Source: Octopus bimaculoides
Lineage: Eukaryota
Direction of reading: 5' to 3'
Length of the DNA stretch: 64,000 nucleotides
Assembly (NCBI RefSeq): GCF_001194135.2
Contig: NC_068998.1
Span: 55,419,003 to 55,483,002 of the forward strand
Part shown: positions 60,750 through 64,000 of the stretch, piece by piece
How positions within the stretch are numbered: position 1 is the first letter of the stretch
Layout of the letters: every line of letters begins with the position of its first letter
Notes under the pieces: model-generated
Seen by the model: the letters and a program-made list of their open reading frames with translations, nothing else
Told to the model about the DNA's origin: nothing
The model's database searches: none
Made by a program: the position numbers and the translations under genes

Positions 60750-61642
60750 CTTCCTATGATTGAAGTGCAGCTTCTGTCACATTACTTGCATACCAAGAGG
60801 GTGGCTCAGCGCTCTGTATTTCTGTTGTTTTCCTTTCGCTGCTGACGCTTCTCAACTTGTTTGTTTCTGTAGCTGCTCTCTCTAGCAAAGCAGTTCCTTC
60901 CTTCACCACAGACCTCCATGTTGTTCTGTCCTCAGCCCTCTCTTCCCAGGTGCTGACATGTACCTCACACTTGGACAAACTAGTTTTGCAAAGGTCCTTA
61001 TACTTTAGTTTTGGTCTTCCTCATGGTCTCATGCCCTGGGCCAGTTCTCCATAGAGCAGTTGCTTCGAGATTCGATGGTCATCCATTCCGCTGACATGCC
61101 CCAGCCACCTCAGTCTTCTCATACACAAAATAGCTGTAATGTGTTAAGATTTTCCTGGGCCAGCACTTCAACATCGGTAACGCTGTCGCACCATGTTAGG
61201 CCTAAGATCTTGTGGAGGCATCTGAGATGGAAAATACCGAGGCACCTTTCCTGTCTGCTGTACAAGGTCCATGTTTCAGATCCACAGAGGAGTATGCCGA
61301 GGACACATGCTTCATGAATCCTGATCTTTGTCTTGATGTCTAATCTCTTGTTCTTCCAAACTCGTTTTGTCAGCCTCCCAAAAGATGTTGCTGCCTTCCC
61401 TATCCTGACATTAATCTCGTCATCAAGTGAAGCAGGAGAGGAAACGGTAGACCCCAGATAGCAGAACCTGTCCACTGTCTCAAGCTCTTTGTCATCAAGC
61501 TTGATATGGCCTTTCACTGCGCCCTCCTGAGTGAGGATGACTGTCTTCTTTACACTGATGACCAGACCGAAAGCCTTGGATGCTGATGATAGGTGGTCCA
61601 TCATTATTTGTAGAGTTAATTCACTGTGAGCAAGAAGTACCA

Positions 61643-61643
<1 letters not shown>
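60750..61643 (-). mobile_element. RTE/BovB-like LINE, RT (from the DD codons) to 3' end
   Basis: ORF 61119..61643 (DDVVLLAHSE…FGLVISVKKT…FCYLGS…RIGKAATSFGRL…LLCGSETW). Confidence 0.9.
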
Positions 61644-61676
<33 letters not shown>

Positions 61677-62600
61677 GTTTAACGTCCGCTNNNNNNNNNN
61701 NNNNNNNNNNNNNNNNNNNNNNNNNNNNNNNNNNNNNNNNNNNNNNNNNNNNNNNNNNNNNNNNNNNNNNNNNNNNNNNNNNNNNNNNNNNNNNNNNNNN
61801 NNNNNNNNNNNNNNNNNNNNNNNNNNNNNNNNNNNNNNNNNNNNNNNNNNNNNNNNNNNNNNNNNNNNNNNNNNNNNNNNNNNNNNNNNNNNNNNNNNNN
61901 NNNNNNNNNNNNNNNNNNNNNNNNNNNNNNNNNNNNNNNNNNNNNNNNNNNNNNNNNNNNNNNNNNNNNNNNNNNNNNNNNNNNNNNNNNNNNNNNNNNN
62001 NNNNNNNNNNNNNNNNNNNNNNNNNNNNNNNNNNNNNNNNNNNNNNNNNNNNNNNNNNNNNNNNNNNNNNNNNNNNNNNNNNNNNNNNNNNNNNNNNNNN
62101 NNNNNNNNNNNNNNNNNNNNNNNNNNNNNNNNNNNNNNNNNNNNNNNNNNNNNNNNNNNNNNNNNNNNNNNNNNNNNNNNNNNNNNNNNNNNNNNNNNNN
62201 NNNNNNNNNNNNNNNNNNNNNNNNNNNNNNNNNNNNNNNNNNNNNNNNNNNNNNNNNNNNNNNNNNNNNNNNNNNNNNNNNNNNNNNNNNNNNNNNNNNN
62301 NNNNNNNNNNNNNNNNNNNNNNNNNNNNNCTTCCTGGGCCTACCTCTTCCACGGGTTCCCTCAACTGTTAGGGTGTGGCACTTTTTCACGCAGCTATCCT
62401 CATCCATTCTTACCACATGTCCATACCAGCGCAATCGTCTCTCTTGCACACCACAACTGATGCTGCTAATGTTCAGCTTTTCTCTCAAGATACTTACACT
62501 CTGACGGGTATTCACATTGACATTACACATCCAACGGAGCATACTGGTTTCATTCCTTGCGAGCTTACGTATGTCCTCAGCAGTTACAGCCCATGTTTCA
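61644..62600 (-). mobile_element. RTE-X-like LINE nested in the BovB-like element (spans an N gap)
   Basis: (ATC)n tail at 61644-61677; ORF 61679..62542 matches the other RTE-X copies. Confidence 0.85.
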
Positions 62601-63022
62601 GTTTTACGAGGAACTTCAGGATGTGATCAACAGCGTCCCAAAGGCAGACCAACTCTTTCTCATGGGTGATTTCAATGCAAGAGTAGGCACTGATCACCAA
62701 GCATGGCCCAACTGCCTTGGACAGTTTGGACTGGAGAAAATCAATGAGAATGGCCAGAGACTCTTAGAATTCTGCACAAATAACCTGTGCATTGAAAACG
62801 CCTCCTACAATGGCAAAGACCAGCATAAAGTTTCTTGGTGCCATCCAAGATCAGTTCATTGGCACCAGATTGACTTCGTCATCATCAGAAAGAATGATGT
62901 CAACACTGTGAAGCAAACAAGATCGTTCCACAGTGCAGACTGTAACACGGATCATCTGTTGGTTATAGCCAAGGTAAAGATGGTCACAAAGAAAACACCA
63001 AGAGCCGAAAAACCAAACAAAC
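62601..63022 (+). mobile_element. RTE/BovB-like APE endonuclease fragment, opposite orientation to the adjacent RT
   Basis: ORF 62557..63030 (FYEELQDVI…LMGDFNARVG…NENGQRLLEFC…SWCHPRS..WHQIDFVI…ADCNTDH). Confidence 0.9.
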
Positions 63023-63270
63023 TTCACTGATTTAGTCCACAGGAGAGACAAGGTCAATACATTTGGAACCAGCAAAGTTGCAGGGGCTGCCAGAAGATAG
63101 TTTGGATCATTCCTCCCCATCGACTGCCTTAGGGGCCCTCTCTCCGGATTTTCTGTTTGGGTTTACTCCCTTAGCCTTTCATACTCCTGCATGTGTCTAC
63201 AAGACAGCAGAAACAGCCACAGGTTGTACCATCTACTGTCATTTTGGTAGCAGCTCTAGTCTGACCTGAC
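63022..63270 (-). mobile_element. Probable RTE-type 5' UTR segment
   Basis: The minus strand reads ggctaagggagtaaacccaaacagaaaatccggagagagggcccctaaggcag…atcttctggcagcccctgc, recalled as an RTE 5' region motif; not database-checked. Confidence 0.5.
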
Positions 63271-63702
63271 ACACACACACGGCGCACAGCCCCCCCCCTC
63301 CAGATATACATAAAAAAATTAAAATAAAGTACAAAATGATATATATAGATAAGGTATGCCATTGAGAAATAGAAGATAATATTTTATATTATGCCAGGTC
63401 GCTCTAGAGTGCTACTGGTAACCCAATACAATCTGTTACATGGTCGGGTCGTCAGCGACTAAAATGGCGACCCCACCAGGCTTGCTTGGTGAGGAAGATG
63501 TGTTGGACACCCTGCAGGATAAAAAATGAGACCCGTCAAAGGGCAGAGGAACTCCATGAACAGTCAACGGCCATCCAACAAAATGTTTGTGAAAAGAAAA
63601 AANNNNNNNNNNNNNNNNNNNNNNNNNNNNNNNNNNNNNNNNNNNNNNNNNNNNNNNNNNNNNNNNNNNNNNNNNNNNNNNNNNNNNNNNNNNNNNNNNN
63701 NN

Positions 63703-63791
63703 ACCATATACCGAAGTTCAGAAATAGCAGCTAAAAAAGTTGAGAATCCCACAGCTTTTTTAGCTGCTATTTCTGAACTTCGGTATATGGT
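63703..63791. repeat. Perfect 37-bp inverted repeat with 15-nt spacer, abutting an N gap
   Basis: Arm 63703-63739 is the exact reverse complement of arm 63755-63791. Confidence 0.9.
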
Positions 63792-63961
63792 GAAGCAAAT
63801 ATTTGCTGATCCCTTAATTATATTTATAAATATATATGAGCTTTTAAATAAGTTCTCCACCAATAATGGTGCTTTCATACCGATGGGCTTGGTAAAAATT
63901 GTTAATTGTTAATTGATTTATTAATTAATAAATTGATAATCCTTTACCCTTTTAATTTGTA

Positions 63962-63993
<32 letters not shown>

Positions 63994-64000
63994 GTCATAT

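Overview
AT-rich, repeat-dense eukaryotic DNA with several N gaps. The SINE/RTE repeat families resemble those of octopus (coleoid cephalopod); the species call is an inference. Two intron-containing genes, neither recovered by the ORF track, are arranged divergently. (1) Tropomodulin (minus strand): seven coding exons between 10,061 and 1,589 with canonical AG/GT sites and consistent phases give about 289 aa (tropomyosin/actin-capping N-terminus plus most of the LRR domain). The last coding exons lie beyond the left edge, and several candidate alternative first exons sit at 16-33 kb. (2) A METTL24-like (Methyltransf_22/FkbM-type) type II membrane methyltransferase (plus strand): exons at 55,142-60,594 plus a probable 5-codon first exon at 50,764; the C-terminal exons were not found in the window. 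The rest is mostly transposon debris: RTE-X-like LINE 3' ends with (GAT)n tails, RTE/BovB-like, CR1-like and R4/Dong-like LINEs, two tRNA-type SINE families, and hAT, mariner and Helitron pieces. The most interesting details are a Penelope-type minimal hammerhead ribozyme in a Tmod intron, phase-0 'ATG|GT' alternative first exons of Tmod, a convergent pair of RT-less CCHC-knuckle ORF1/gag-like elements, an internally inverted RTE element, a near-exon inverted SINE pair that could form an ADAR substrate, and a D-to-N change at the predicted SAM-binding acidic position of the METTL24-like protein. I found no clearly established new biological system; the items above are testable leads.
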